From the NCBI RefSeq assembly GCF_044647545.1, contig NZ_CP172818.1: 64,000 bases of DNA; one strand, written 5' to 3'. Both the position numbers and the translations under genes were made by a program. Within the stretch, counting starts at the first letter, position 1, and each line of letters starts with the position of its first letter. The notes below the pieces were generated by a model. The model was not told where the DNA came from and did no database searches. It saw only the letters and a list, made by a program, of their open reading frames with translations. This document shows positions 14,548-27,248 of the stretch, one piece after another. The DNA is from Escherichia coli (GTDB taxonomy: Bacteria; Pseudomonadota; Gammaproteobacteria; Enterobacterales; Enterobacteriaceae).

Positions 14548-14582
14548 AAAAAAAGCACCCATACTCAGGAGCACTCTCAATT
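14548..14582 (+). promoter_or_regulatory. ptsG 5' leader including Shine-Dalgarno; region reported to be targeted by sRNA SgrS
   Basis: aaaaaagcacccatactcaggagcactctcaatt immediately upstream of ptsG ATG; the SgrS assignment is from literature memory, not tested here. Confidence 0.5.
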
Positions 14583-16016
14583 ATGTTTAAGAATGCATTT
14601 GCTAACCTGCAAAAGGTCGGTAAATCGCTGATGCTGCCGGTATCCGTACTGCCTATCGCAGGTATTCTGCTGGGCGTCGGTTCCGCGAATTTCAGCTGGC
14701 TGCCCGCCGTTGTATCGCATGTTATGGCAGAAGCAGGCGGTTCCGTCTTTGCAAACATGCCACTGATTTTTGCGATCGGTGTCGCCCTCGGCTTTACCAA
14801 TAACGATGGCGTATCCGCGCTGGCCGCAGTTGTTGCCTATGGCATCATGGTTAAAACCATGGCCGTGGTTGCGCCACTGGTACTGCATTTACCTGCTGAA
14901 GAAATCGCCTCTAAACACCTGGCGGATACTGGCGTACTCGGAGGGATTATCTCCGGTGCGATTGCAGCGTATATGTTTAACCGTTTCTACCGTATTAAGC
15001 TGCCTGAGTATCTTGGCTTCTTTGCCGGTAAACGCTTTGTGCCGATCATTTCTGGCCTGGCTGCCATCTTTACTGGCGTTGTGCTGTCCTTCATTTGGCC
15101 GCCGATTGGTTCTGCAATCCAGACCTTCTCTCAGTGGGCTGCTTACCAGAACCCGGTAGTTGCGTTTGGCATTTACGGTTTCATCGAACGTTGCCTGGTA
15201 CCGTTTGGTCTGCACCACATCTGGAACGTACCTTTCCAGATGCAAATTGGTGAATACACTAACGCAGCAGGTCAGGTTTTCCACGGCGACATTCCGCGTT
15301 ATATGGCGGGTGACCCGACTGCGGGTAAACTGTCTGGTGGCTTCCTGTTCAAAATGTACGGTCTGCCAGCTGCCGCAATTGCTATCTGGCACTCTGCTAA
15401 ACCAGAAAACCGCGCGAAAGTGGGCGGTATTATGATCTCCGCGGCGCTGACCTCGTTCCTGACCGGTATCACCGAGCCGATCGAGTTCTCCTTCATGTTC
15501 GTTGCGCCGATCCTGTACATCATCCACGCGATTCTGGCAGGCCTGGCATTCCCAATCTGTATTCTTTTGGGGATGCGTGACGGTACGTCGTTCTCGCACG
15601 GTCTGATCGACTTCATCGTTCTGTCTGGTAACAGCAGCAAACTGTGGCTGTTCCCGATCGTCGGTATCGGTTATGCGATTGTTTACTACACCATCTTCCG
15701 CGTGCTGATTAAAGCACTGGATCTGAAAACGCCGGGTCGTGAAGATGCGACTGAAGATGCAAAAGCGACAGGTACCAGCGAAATGGCACCGGCTCTGGTT
15801 GCTGCATTTGGTGGTAAAGAAAACATTACTAACCTCGACGCATGTATTACCCGTCTGCGCGTCAGCGTTGCTGATGTGTCTAAAGTGGATCAGGCTGGCC
15901 TGAAGAAACTGGGCGCAGCGGGCGTAGTGGTTGCTGGTTCTGGTGTTCAGGCGATTTTCGGTACTAAATCCGATAACCTGAAAACCGAGATGGATGAGTA
16001 CATCCGTAACCACTAA
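14583..16016 (+). CDS. ptsG: PTS glucose-specific EIICB component
   Basis: ORF track 477 aa, [27 protein letters not shown]...; EIIB Cys motif ITRLRV. Confidence 0.97.
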
Positions 16017-16038
16017 TCCGTAAGACGTTGGGGAGACT

Positions 16039-16066
16039 AAGGCAGCCAGATGGCTGCCTTTTTTAC
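16039..16066. terminator. bidirectional terminator between convergent ptsG and fhuE
   Basis: aaggcagccagatggctgcctttttt: perfect stem ggcagcca/tggctgcc with A-run and T-run flanks. Confidence 0.8.
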
Positions 16067-16075
16067 AGGTGTTAT

Positions 16076-18265
16076 TCAGAATTGATACGTGCCGGTAATG
16101 CTGAAATTACGCGGTGCGCCGTAGACGATAGAACCTTCCACGTTGGTATCGTAGGTTTTGTCGAACAGGTTATTGACGTTCCCCTGTAACGAGAAGTTTT
16201 TCGTCACCTGGTAGCGGGTGAAGAGATCCACCAGCGCGTAGCTACCTTGCTCGGCGCGGAAGGTGCCATACGGTGTCACGGTGTCGGTATACACGCGATT
16301 TTGCCAGTTAACACCACCGCCGACCGTCAACTCTGGCATGACAGGCAACCGATAGCTGGTGAACATTTTAACCGTGGAGCGTGGCAGATTAGGATTAACG
16401 GCGTTTCCTTCGTTATCTTCTGCAATATAGCGTGTTGCGCCAAACGTCAGCTGCCAGTTGTCGGTAATTGCGCCGTTGAGTTCAAATTCCACACCTTTAC
16501 TGACTGTCCCATCCACCGCTTTATAGGCGGTTTCGCCGTTGCTGCCGGGGATAGGTGTACCGGTGGACTGAGCTACATTATCCTGCTCAATACGGAAGAT
16601 GGCTAACGTGGTGGTCAGACGGCTATTCATCCAGTCCGATTTCAGACCCAGCTCGTAGTTGTTACCGGTGATTGGAGCCAGATATTTGCCTGAACTGTCA
16701 CGATCATTTTGCGGCTGGAAAATAGAGGTATAGCTGGCGTAGGTCGACCAGTTGTCATTGATGTCAAACACCAGACCAGCATAAGGCGTGGTGTGGTTTT
16801 TCTCCATGCTGTAAGTCAGCGTATCAACCCGCCAGTTGGTATAACGAGCGCCGAGGATCAGATGCAGCGGATCGGCAAGGGTGACACGAGTGGCAGCATA
16901 TAACGATTTCATATGTGTGGTATCGTCCTGCGCCAGGCTCTGTGGTGACCAGTCGGTTTGTGGGAAATTGCCATTAAAGTTGTAGAAACTGCCAATTTCA
17001 TCCGGGAAGATGTTGGCCCATGAACTGATGTAACGATTGTTTTGTTTGCTGTAACTGCCACCAAACATTAGATTGTGCTGACGACCAAACAATTCATAAC
17101 TACCGTCAGCAAACAAATCCAGCGCATCAACTTTACGTTTGCCGCTGTTCCAACCGGTGCCGCCGACATAATCAAAACCAGGTCCATAATTACTGTATGG
17201 CCCAACCAGCATACCATCCGCTTTGTTTACATAGGCATCGACATACATCATTTTACTGTCAAATTCGACTTCGGAGTGGGTGGCATTCAGTGTCGCTTGC
17301 CAGGTATCAGCAAACCGCTGCTTGAGGGTCATAAAGACCTTGTTGATCTCTTTATCGTTATACGCCCAGTCAGGTGCGGTACTGCGTGCGCGATCGTAAC
17401 TGTTGCTGCTGCCATCAGTATTCCAGCGCGGTAAACCGCCCCAGGTTGGGCTATTAACATCAATGCGCTGATATTCGTAACCGGCTGAAAGCATCGTAAG
17501 ATCGCCTAAATCAGCATCGACAATGCCGGAGAAGAAGGTCTTTTCACTGTTGTAGCGGTCCAGCCATGAGTCGTTATTCTGGTAGCCGCCGACAATTCGT
17601 GCGCGGATTTTACCATCTTCGGTGAGTGGGCTTTGTAAATCCGCCACATACCGTTCTTTGTTCCAGCTACCGTATTCCGCCGAGACATCGCCTTTAAATT
17701 CACGACTGGTCGCGTGTTTTCGAACCATATTAATTGCCGCAGATGGATTACCCGTCCCGGTCATGAGGCCTGTCGCGCCACGCACTACTTCTACGCGTTC
17801 AAACAGTGCCATATCAGAAAGTGCGTCGCCCAGATTCCAGCGCGATTCAAAATAGGTGGGGATACCATCAACCATATAGTTATCGATCTGGAATCCGCGG
17901 GAATAATAAAGAGCACGATCGGAATCCGCCTGACTTTTGCTGATCCCCAGCGTGTTTTCCATCACTTCGCCCAGCGTTTGTAACTGCTGATCTTCCATCC
18001 GCTGCTGGCTAACAATAGTGACCGACTGAGGAATATCACGTTGAGTCATCTGCATTTTTGTACCCGCAGAGGTAGACGTTACGTTGTAATCATTTTCGCC
18101 ATCATCTGGGGCTGTGGCTGAACCCTCAACAATCACCGTTTCTTCAGTGACTGGTGCAGCAAAAGCGGCGGAAGGTAATAGTGCCAGTGCTATGCAACCG
18201 GCAAGGAGTGACGGTTTGATGATAGCTTGATGTTGATTATCCCTGTTAAATTGTGTCGAAAGCAT
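16076..18265 (-). CDS. fhuE: TonB-dependent outer membrane ferric-coprogen/rhodotorulic acid receptor
   Basis: ORF track 729 aa; signal peptide, TonB box region, C-terminal ...GTYQF beta-barrel signature. Confidence 0.95.
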   Translation of the reverse strand: MLSTQFNRDNQHQAIIKPSLLAGCIALALLPSAAFAAPVTEETVIVEGSATAPDDGENDYNVTSTSAGTKMQMTQRDIPQSVTIVSQQRMEDQQLQTLGEVMENTLGISKSQADSDRALYYSRGFQIDNYMVDGIPTYFESRWNLGDALSDMALFERVEVVRGATGLMTGTGNPSAAINMVRKHATSREFKGDVSAEYGSWNKERYVADLQSPLTEDGKIRARIVGGYQNNDSWLDRYNSEKTFFSGIVDADLGDLTMLSAGYEYQRIDVNSPTWGGLPRWNTDGSSNSYDRARSTAPDWAYNDKEINKVFMTLKQRFADTWQATLNATHSEVEFDSKMMYVDAYVNKADGMLVGPYSNYGPGFDYVGGTGWNSGKRKVDALDLFADGSYELFGRQHNLMFGGSYSKQNNRYISSWANIFPDEIGSFYNFNGNFPQTDWSPQSLAQDDTTHMKSLYAATRVTLADPLHLILGARYTNWRVDTLTYSMEKNHTTPYAGLVFDINDNWSTYASYTSIFQPQNDRDSSGKYLAPITGNNYELGLKSDWMNSRLTTTLAIFRIEQDNVAQSTGTPIPGSNGETAYKAVDGTVSKGVEFELNGAITDNWQLTFGATRYIAEDNEGNAVNPNLPRSTVKMFTSYRLPVMPELTVGGGVNWQNRVYTDTVTPYGTFRAEQGSYALVDLFTRYQVTKNFSLQGNVNNLFDKTYDTNVEGSIVYGAPRNFSITGTYQF

Positions 18266-18598
18266 TTGAAATCTCTTGGTTTATGTTGGCGTCAGGCTCA
18301 TGCCGGAGCAGGGTGATGAGCGGTTATATTTAGTGTGCGAATAATTTTGTATGTAAATGCAAATGAGAAATATACGCATTCATATTTAGTGTGTAAACCA
18401 AACAGAGAATGTCTTTTCAGCGCATTCGCAGGCAGAAATGGGAATAATGGCGATATATACGGCAGCAAAACGATTTTTTGCTTAAGAAATCGTGAGTTAA
18501 GGTTGAAAGAGCAGGTTTAACTCGACCATACTCTATACTCGCAGTGTGGCGCGGCGTAGCATGGCGCAACGCATGGCTATTTGAAAAAGGAAAATGTC

Positions 18599-18958
18599 GT
18601 GGCAGAAGAAACTATATTCAGCAAAATTATTCGTCGTGAGATCCCCTCCGATATCGTCTACCAGGATGATCTGGTAACGGCGTTTCGCGATATTTCGCCG
18701 CAAGCGCCAACGCATATTCTGATCATTCCGAATATCCTCATTCCGACTGTGAACGACGTGTCTGCTGAGCATGAGCAGGCGCTGGGACGCATGATCACCG
18801 TAGCGGCAAAAATTGCTGAGCAAGAAGGTATTGCCGAAGATGGCTATCGTCTGATCATGAACACCAACCGCCACGGCGGACAAGAGGTTTACCACATCCA
18901 TATGCACTTGTTGGGTGGCCGTCCGCTGGGACCAATGCTGGCGCATAAAGGTCTGTAA
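18599..18958 (+). CDS. hinT: HIT-family purine nucleoside phosphoramidase HinT (119 aa, GTG start at 18599)
   Basis: ORF track 18581..18958; histidine triad HIHMHLLGG. Confidence 0.9.
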   Translation: MAEETIFSKIIRREIPSDIVYQDDLVTAFRDISPQAPTHILIIPNILIPTVNDVSAEHEQALGRMITVAAKIAEQEGIAEDGYRLIMNTNRHGGQEVYHIHMHLLGGRPLGPMLAHKGL

Positions 18959-18960
18959 CG

Positions 18961-19338
18961 ATGAGAAAAGGATGCTTTGGGCTGGTGTCTCTGGCGTTGT
19001 TAGTGCTGGTGGGCTGTCGTACACATCCGGAAATTCCGGTGAATGATGAGCAATCGCTGGTGATGGAGTCATCTTTATTGGCTGCGGGCATCAGTGCAGA
19101 AAAGCCCGTCCTTTCGACGTCTGATATTCAACCTTCAGCATCCTCAACGCTTTATAACGAAAGGCAAGAACCCGTTACCGTTCATTATCGTTTTTACTGG
19201 TATGACGCCAGAGGGCTGGAGATGCATCCTCTGGAAAGGCCACGCAGCGTTACCATTCCCGCACATTCGGCGGTCACGCTGTACGGCAGCGCCAATTTTC
19301 TGGGGGCGCACAAAGTCAGACTTTATCTATATTTGTAA
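18961..19338 (+). CDS. ycfL: lipoprotein YcfL
   Basis: ORF track 125 aa; lipobox LLVLVGC. Confidence 0.85.
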   Translation: MRKGCFGLVSLALLVLVGCRTHPEIPVNDEQSLVMESSLLAAGISAEKPVLSTSDIQPSASSTLYNERQEPVTVHYRFYWYDARGLEMHPLERPRSVTIPAHSAVTLYGSANFLGAHKVRLYLYL

Positions 19339-19351
19339 GGGGTGAATCTTG

Positions 19352-19973
19352 ATGACAAAAATGAGTCGCTACGCCTTGATTACCGCGCTGGCGATGTTTC
19401 TCGCCGGGTGTGTGGGGCAACGTGAACCTGCGCCGGTAGAAGAAGTGAAACCAGCGCCGGAACAACCAGCCGAGCCGCAACAGCCTGTCCCCACAGTGCC
19501 ATCGGTGCCGACGATACCGCAGCAGCCAGGCCCAATTGAGCACGAAGATCAAACTGCACCGCCTGCGCCGCATATTCGCCATTATGACTGGAATGGCGCA
19601 ATGCAGCCGATGGTCAGTAAGATGCTTGGGGCTGATGGCGTGACTGCGGGTAGCGTCCTGCTGGTTGATAGCGTTAACAACCGTACTAACGGTTCGCTGA
19701 ATGCCGCAGAAGCGACCGAAACGCTGCGAAATGCGCTGGCTAATAACGGTAAATTTACCCTGGTTTCCGCCCAGCAGCTGTCGATGGCGAAGCAACAGTT
19801 AGGTTTGTCGCCGCAGGACAGTTTAGGTACCCGTAGTAAAGCCATAGGCATTGCCCGCAATGTCGGCGCTCATTACGTGCTGTACTCCAGCGCCTCTGGC
19901 AACGTTAACGCTCCGACCCTACAAATGCAGCTGATGCTGGTGCAGACGGGCGAAATTATCTGGTCAGGTAAAG

Positions 19974-19993
<20 letters not shown>
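19352..19993 (+). CDS. lpoB: outer membrane lipoprotein LpoB (PBP1B activator)
   Basis: ORF track 19349..19993; [20 protein letters not shown] lipobox, Pro-rich linker. Confidence 0.9.
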
Positions 19994-21834
<1,841 letters not shown>

Positions 21835-21856
21835 CCCTGGCTTATGTGAGGAAGCG

Positions 21857-22399
21857 ATGATTATCTATTTGCACGGTTTTGACTCTAACAGTCCGGGTAA
21901 CCACGAGAAAGTCTTACAATTGCAGTTTATTGACCCGGATGTACGGCTAATAAGCTACAGTACGCGGCATCCGAAACATGATATGCAGCATCTGCTCAAA
22001 GAAGTGGACAAAATGTTGCAACTGAACGTCGACGAGCGTCCGCTGATTTGCGGCGTTGGTCTGGGCGGATACTGGGCGGAACGGATTGGTTTTCTTTGCG
22101 ATATCCGCCAGGTGATCTTCAACCCTAATTTGTTCCCTTATGAGAACATGGAAGGCAAGATTGATCGCCCGGAAGAGTATGCCGATATTGCCACTAAGTG
22201 TGTGACCAACTTCCGCGAAAAGAATCGCGATCGTTGCCTGGTGATTTTGTCGCGTAATGATGAAGCGCTTAACAGCCAGCGGACATCTGAAGAGTTGCAT
22301 CATTATTACGAGATTGTCTGGGACGAAGAGCAGACGCACAAATTCAAGAATATCTCCCCGCATTTACAGCGCATTAAAGCGTTCAAAACCCTCGGGTAA
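21857..22399 (+). CDS. ycfP: alpha/beta hydrolase-fold esterase YcfP (180 aa from ATG at 21857)
   Basis: ORF track 21800..22399; [18 protein letters not shown] start, UPF0227 family. Confidence 0.88.
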
Positions 22400-22410
22400 A
22401 TGCCCTCGTC

Positions 22411-22524
22411 GCATCAGGTAACCTTGCCGGTACCTGATGCGCTCCGGATTCTGTGGGTCGGAAAAGGCGTTCACGCCGCATCCGACAGTCGAGCATCAAT
22501 GCCTGATGCGCTTCTTATCAGGAC
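22411..22524. repeat. REP/BIME palindromic repeat cluster
   Basis: gcatcaggtaaccttgccggtacctgatgc, ggcgttcacgccgc, gcctgatgcgcttcttatcaggac between ycfP and ndh. Confidence 0.8.
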
Positions 22525-22798
22525 TACCAAACGCCCTCCATACACACCTCACTCTATATCATTCTCACAAATCAGCTCAAATAATAAACAACAAACTCTG
22601 TTTTTTGATCTCACCCGGTAAAGTCGCCTATCTTTTCAGCAACAAAACTTGATTAACATCAATTTTGGTATGACCAATGCACCATTCATGTTATTCTCAT
22701 TAGCGAAGAACATTTTCATTGCTGTAACCTGTTGTTAATTAAGAGCTATGCCAATAACCATTAATTAACAATTGGTTAATAAATTTAAGGGGGTCACG

Positions 22799-24103
22799 TT
22801 GACTACGCCATTGAAAAAAATTGTGATTGTCGGCGGCGGTGCTGGTGGGCTGGAAATGGCAACACAGCTGGGGCATAAGCTGGGACGCAAGAAAAAAGCC
22901 AAAATTACGCTGGTCGATCGTAACCACAGCCACCTGTGGAAACCGCTGCTGCACGAAGTGGCGACTGGCTCGCTTGATGAAGGCGTCGATGCGTTGAGCT
23001 ATCTGGCCCATGCGCGTAATCATGGTTTCCAGTTCCAGCTGGGTTCCGTCATTGATATTGATCGTGAAGCGAAAACAATCACTATTGCAGAACTGCGCGA
23101 CGAAAAAGGTGAATTGCTGGTTCCGGAACGTAAAATCGCCTATGACACCCTGGTAATGGCGCTGGGTAGCACCTCTAACGATTTCAATACGCCAGGTGTC
23201 AAAGAGAACTGCATTTTCCTCGATAATCCGCACCAGGCGCGTCGCTTCCACCAGGAGATGCTGAATCTGTTTCTGAAATACTCCGCCAACCTGGGCGCGA
23301 ATGGCAAAGTGAACATTGCGATTGTCGGCGGCGGCGCGACGGGTGTAGAACTCTCCGCTGAATTGCACAACGCGGTCAAGCAACTGCACAGCTACGGCTA
23401 TAAAGGTCTGACCAACGAAGCCCTGAACGTAACGCTGGTAGAAGCGGGCGAACGTATTTTGCCTGCATTGCCGCCACGTATCTCTGCTGCGGCCCATAGT
23501 GAGTTAACGAAACTTGGCGTTCGCGTGCTGACGCAAACCATGGTCACCAGTGCTGATGAAGGCGGCCTGCATACTAAAGATGGCGAATATATTGAGGCTG
23601 ATCTGATGGTGTGGGCAGCCGGGATCAAAGCGCCAGACTTCCTGAAAGATATCGGTGGTCTTGAAACCAACCGTATCAACCAGCTGGTGGTGGAACCGAC
23701 GCTGCAAACCACCCGCGATCCAGACATTTACGCTATTGGCGATTGCGCGTCATGCCCGCGTCCGGAAGGGGGCTTTGTTCCGCCGCGCGCTCAGGCTGCA
23801 CACCAGATGGCAACTTGCGCAATGAACAACATTCTGGCGCAGATGAACGGTAAGCCGCTGAAAAGTTATCAGTATAAAGATCACGGTTCTCTGGTATCGC
23901 TGTCGAACTTCTCCACCGTCGGTAGCCTGATGGGTAACCTGACGCGCGGCTCAATGATGATTGAAGGACGAATTGCGCGCTTTGTATACATCTCGTTGTA
24001 CCGAATGCACCAGATTGCGCTGCATGGTTACTTTAAAACCGGATTAATGATGCTGGTGGGGAGTATTAACCGCGTTATCCGCCCACGTTTGAAGTTGCAT
24101 TAA
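22799..24103 (+). CDS. ndh: NADH:quinone oxidoreductase II (NDH-2), TTG start
   Basis: ORF track 22772..24103; [24 protein letters not shown]-binding GxGxxG. Confidence 0.93.
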   Translation: MTTPLKKIVIVGGGAGGLEMATQLGHKLGRKKKAKITLVDRNHSHLWKPLLHEVATGSLDEGVDALSYLAHARNHGFQFQLGSVIDIDREAKTITIAELRDEKGELLVPERKIAYDTLVMALGSTSNDFNTPGVKENCIFLDNPHQARRFHQEMLNLFLKYSANLGANGKVNIAIVGGGATGVELSAELHNAVKQLHSYGYKGLTNEALNVTLVEAGERILPALPPRISAAAHSELTKLGVRVLTQTMVTSADEGGLHTKDGEYIEADLMVWAAGIKAPDFLKDIGGLETNRINQLVVEPTLQTTRDPDIYAIGDCASCPRPEGGFVPPRAQAAHQMATCAMNNILAQMNGKPLKSYQYKDHGSLVSLSNFSTVGSLMGNLTRGSMMIEGRIARFVYISLYRMHQIALHGYFKTGLMMLVGSINRVIRPRLKLH

Positions 24104-24115
24104 TCGGCTTGTACT

Positions 24116-24202
24116 GGCGGATGGGGCATAAACGCCTCATCCGCCCTGGACAAATGGTACGAGCGGTAGGCCTGATAAGACGCGTTAAGCGTCGCATCAG
24201 GC
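24116..24202. repeat. REP/BIME palindromic repeat cluster
   Basis: ggcggatggggcataaacgcctcatccgcc and gcctgataagacgcgttaagcgtcgcatcaggc downstream of ndh. Confidence 0.8.
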
Positions 24203-24329
24203 ATTCCTTCAGACTCCTCCGAATCCTTAAGTATTTCCAGCCATTCTCGCGCTTTTCATCTTCTGTCTGATAGCTGCTTTTCTCCTTCGCTTGCATGATT
24301 GGCATAACAGCAAAGAAGGAGGTGTTCCC

Positions 24330-24869
24330 GTGAATAAATCAATGTTGGCGGGTATCGGGATTGGTGTCGCAGCTGCGCTGGGCGTAGCGGCAGTGGCCAG
24401 TCTGAACGTGTTTGAACGTGGCCCGCAATACGCTCAGGTTGTTTCTGCAACCCCAATCAAGGAAACGGTTAAAACACCGCGTCAGGAGTGTCGCAACGTC
24501 ACAGTGACCCATCGTCGACCGGTGCAGGATGAAAATCGCATTACCGGGTCGGTGCTCGGCGCTGTTGCTGGTGGCGTGATAGGGCATCAGTTTGGTGGTG
24601 GTCGCGGTAAAGATGTCGCTACTGTTGTGGGGGCGCTGGGTGGTGGATATGCCGGTAACCAGATCCAGGGCTCTCTCCAGGAAAGTGATACTTACACGAC
24701 TACGCAACAGCGTTGTAAAACGGTGTATGACAAGTCAGAAAAAATGCTCGGTTATGATGTGACCTATAAGATTGGCGATCAGCAGGGCAAAATCCGAATG
24801 GACCGCGATCCGGGTACGCAGATCCCGCTAGATAGCAACGGGCAGCTGATTTTGAATAACAAAGCATAA
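24330..24869 (+). CDS. ycfJ: glycine-zipper (Gly-rich) membrane/periplasmic protein YcfJ (GTG start)
   Basis: ORF track 24291..24869; MNKSMLAGIGIGVAAALGVAAVAS and Gly-rich repeats. Confidence 0.85.
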   Translation: MNKSMLAGIGIGVAAALGVAAVASLNVFERGPQYAQVVSATPIKETVKTPRQECRNVTVTHRRPVQDENRITGSVLGAVAGGVIGHQFGGGRGKDVATVVGALGGGYAGNQIQGSLQESDTYTTTQQRCKTVYDKSEKMLGYDVTYKIGDQQGKIRMDRDPGTQIPLDSNGQLILNNKA

Positions 24870-24890
24870 CAAGGTTGTACTCTGCAATTT

Positions 24891-24926
24891 AGCCCCTCAT
24901 TCGCTCAAGCTGAGGGGCTTTTTTTG
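24891..24926. terminator. bidirectional terminator between ycfJ and comR
   Basis: agcccctcattcgctcaagctgaggggctttttttg. Confidence 0.8.
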
Positions 24927-24930
24927 CGAC

Positions 24931-25563
24931 CTATTTCAGCAGTTCCGGCCATAAACGCAAAGTCGTTCGGGCAATCTGCATCAGTTTTTCCTGCGATGCA
25001 CCTTCGCGTGCGCTGATCGACATCCCCTGAATAATACAATTAAGGAATTCTGCCAGATGCGTCACGTCACAGTGGGTCGGGATTTCCCCGCGCGCTTGTC
25101 GTTGACATAAAAACTGCTGCAAAGTGCGCTCTTGCATCGCATGGCGTGATTTCAGCGTATTGGCGATATCTCCTGAATCCGGGGAGAGGGTGGTGCAGTT
25201 GTTGATCATGAAGCAGCCAGCCGGAGTGTCTTTGCTGGTAAAGCAGTTGGCGATGGCAGCAAAATAGTCAGCCAGCGCAGACTCCACGCTTTTCTCTTCA
25301 CAAAACAGCTGTGCTTCATGCTTAGCGGCAAAACGATCGATATAGCGGTCGAGTACGGCGCGGAATAACCCCTCTTTGTTGGTAAATTCCGCGTATAGCG
25401 TGGGCGCTTTAGCTCCGGTCGCTTCAACGAGGTCCGCAAGAGAAGTCGCTTCATAACCGTGCTGCCAGAACAATTTCATGGCCTTATCAAGCGCGGCATC
25501 CCTGTCGAACACTTTTGGGCGGCCACGGCTTTTTTTTATACATTGTGTTGAGTCAGTTGCCAT
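24931..25563 (-). CDS. comR: TetR-family transcriptional repressor ComR (YcfQ)
   Basis: ORF track 210 aa; N-terminal TetR HTH; divergent from bhsA. Confidence 0.88.
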   Translation of the reverse strand: MATDSTQCIKKSRGRPKVFDRDAALDKAMKLFWQHGYEATSLADLVEATGAKAPTLYAEFTNKEGLFRAVLDRYIDRFAAKHEAQLFCEEKSVESALADYFAAIANCFTSKDTPAGCFMINNCTTLSPDSGDIANTLKSRHAMQERTLQQFLCQRQARGEIPTHCDVTHLAEFLNCIIQGMSISAREGASQEKLMQIARTTLRLWPELLK

Positions 25564-25803
25564 GATGCCGTTGTACCTGGTGACTGTGAATTAAAGGTTA
25601 TTATAAAAATAATCACCTCCGTTCACCAGTCCAGAAACCATAAAAATAATCGCTTTCTATTTAACTGAAATTTAAAGATTTTTAAATTAATTAATGATTG
25701 TTATAAAAAATATCTTGTATGTGATCCAGATCACATCTATCATTTAGTTATCGATCGTTAAGTAATTGCTTGCGACGTCATTCATCTGCATAAGGCCACT
25801 ATT

Positions 25804-26061
25804 ATGAAAAACGTAAAAACCCTCATCGCTGCGGCGATTTTAAGCTCAATGTCATTTGCCAGCTTTGCGGCTGTCGAAGTTCAGTCAACGCCAGAAGGCC
25901 AACAAAAAGTCGGTACTATCAGTGCTAATGCGGGGACAAATCTGGGATCGCTGGAAGAGCAGCTGGCGCAAAAAGCGGATGAGATGGGCGCAAAATCTTT
26001 CCGTATTACTTCTGTAACCGGTCCGAATACCCTCCATGGAACAGCAGTAATTTATAAATAA
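25804..26061 (+). CDS. bhsA: stress-induced small secreted/outer-membrane protein BhsA (YcfR), YhcN family
   Basis: ORF track 85 aa, signal peptide MKNVKTLIAAAILSSMSFASFA. Confidence 0.9.
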   Translation: MKNVKTLIAAAILSSMSFASFAAVEVQSTPEGQQKVGTISANAGTNLGSLEEQLAQKADEMGAKSFRITSVTGPNTLHGTAVIYK

Positions 26062-26100
26062 GCATTAACCCTCATTAATGCCTGCTACTGCTGATTTTTT

Positions 26101-26134
26101 CCCCGCGACATGCCGTGTCGCGGGGATTTTTTTT
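26101..26134. terminator. terminator hairpin between bhsA and ldtC
   Basis: ccccgcgacatgccgtgtcgcggggattttttttat. Confidence 0.8.
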
Positions 26135-26143
26135 ATCCAGGAT

Positions 26144-27106
26144 TTACAAAGTTTGTGGGCTCACTTGATGACGGCGGACATCCACCGGCATCCCGGAACG
26201 GACATCCATCACATGTTGCATCACTTCAGCGTCAGTTTGTGCTGCATCTTTAAATGATTGCATTGCGCTATTCAGCGTAATTGGCAGCAGCTGCGGATCG
26301 TCATCAATCTTCTCTGACAGCGGTTGATGTACTTCAACCAGACGCGCACCGTTTGGTTCGGCAGAGACTTTTATCGGAATGTTGATGATATTCACTTTGG
26401 TGCCTGGGGTGACCTGGCTAAAGAGTGTTTTGATATCGTCATCCCGCAGACGAATACAGCCAGAACTTACCCGCATGCCAATGCCGAAATCGGCGTTCGT
26501 ACCGTGGAGCAAATAAACGCCGCCATAGGCCGCCAGGCGAATCGCATGATGGCCCATTGGATTATCCGGTCCAGCCGGCACTACCGCAGGCAACTCAATT
26601 CCCTGTGCTTTATAACGGGCGCGAATGTTTGCCGTTGGCGTCCAGATTGGGTTTGCACGTTTGTCTGAAACGGTGGTCACCATCGTTGGCGTCAGCGTGT
26701 CACCACCTAACTGACCAATGCCGATGGGATACACGGTTACCGAATTTTTACCCGGCGGGTAGTAATAGAGACGCAGCTCCGCAATGTTGATCACAATACC
26801 TTCGCGCGGCGCGTCTGGAAGTAGGGTTTGCAACGGGATCGTTAACACGCTACCCGCGCGCGGTACGTAAGGATCAACGCCGGGGTTGGCCTGTAACAGA
26901 GCGAGAAAGCCGACGTTATATTTTTTGGCGATCGCTTCCAGAGAGCCACTGTCATTTTCCACCACATGAAATTTGTTTTCACCAACCAGACGACTGCCCG
27001 CTGGCGGCAGCGGCCAGGTGTTGGCTTTTGCCGGTAGCGCCAGCGCCACGGCAGCGGCGAACGTAAAAAACGTTAGCCAGCGAGAAAAACGCGTTTTGAT
27101 CATCAC
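26144..27106 (-). CDS. ldtC: L,D-transpeptidase LdtC (YcfS), 320 aa from GTG at 27106
   Basis: ORF track 26144..27319; MMIKTRFSRWLTFFTFAAAVALALPAKA signal peptide; LysM and YkuD domain with catalytic SGCIRL. Confidence 0.88.
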   Translation of the reverse strand: MMIKTRFSRWLTFFTFAAAVALALPAKANTWPLPPAGSRLVGENKFHVVENDSGSLEAIAKKYNVGFLALLQANPGVDPYVPRAGSVLTIPLQTLLPDAPREGIVINIAELRLYYYPPGKNSVTVYPIGIGQLGGDTLTPTMVTTVSDKRANPIWTPTANIRARYKAQGIELPAVVPAGPDNPMGHHAIRLAAYGGVYLLHGTNADFGIGMRVSSGCIRLRDDDIKTLFSQVTPGTKVNIINIPIKVSAEPNGARLVEVHQPLSEKIDDDPQLLPITLNSAMQSFKDAAQTDAEVMQHVMDVRSGMPVDVRRHQVSPQTL

Positions 27107-27248
27107 CAAAGTCCATAATAAATATAAGGTTATTGTAATAAAAAGATAAGTCTGAATTATGGAGGGTGACAGTGTCGGATAGTGCAGGGAAGTGCAAAGA
27201 ATTTGTAAATGTTGCAGATGGGGGCGCAGAAACGCCCCCGATTTACCA

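Noticed and set aside
14889-16013. 374-aa minus-strand ORF
   Set aside because: Entirely antisense to ptsG, whose identity is unambiguous; product is Arg/Thr/Asn-rich with no recognisable domain, typical of a shadow ORF.
18266-18598. Possible Fur box upstream of fhuE
   Set aside because: Expected for an iron-regulated receptor, but I could not identify a convincing match to the GATAATGATAATCATTATC consensus by eye.
22739-23497. 252-aa minus-strand ORF
   Set aside because: Antisense to ndh; no recognisable motif.
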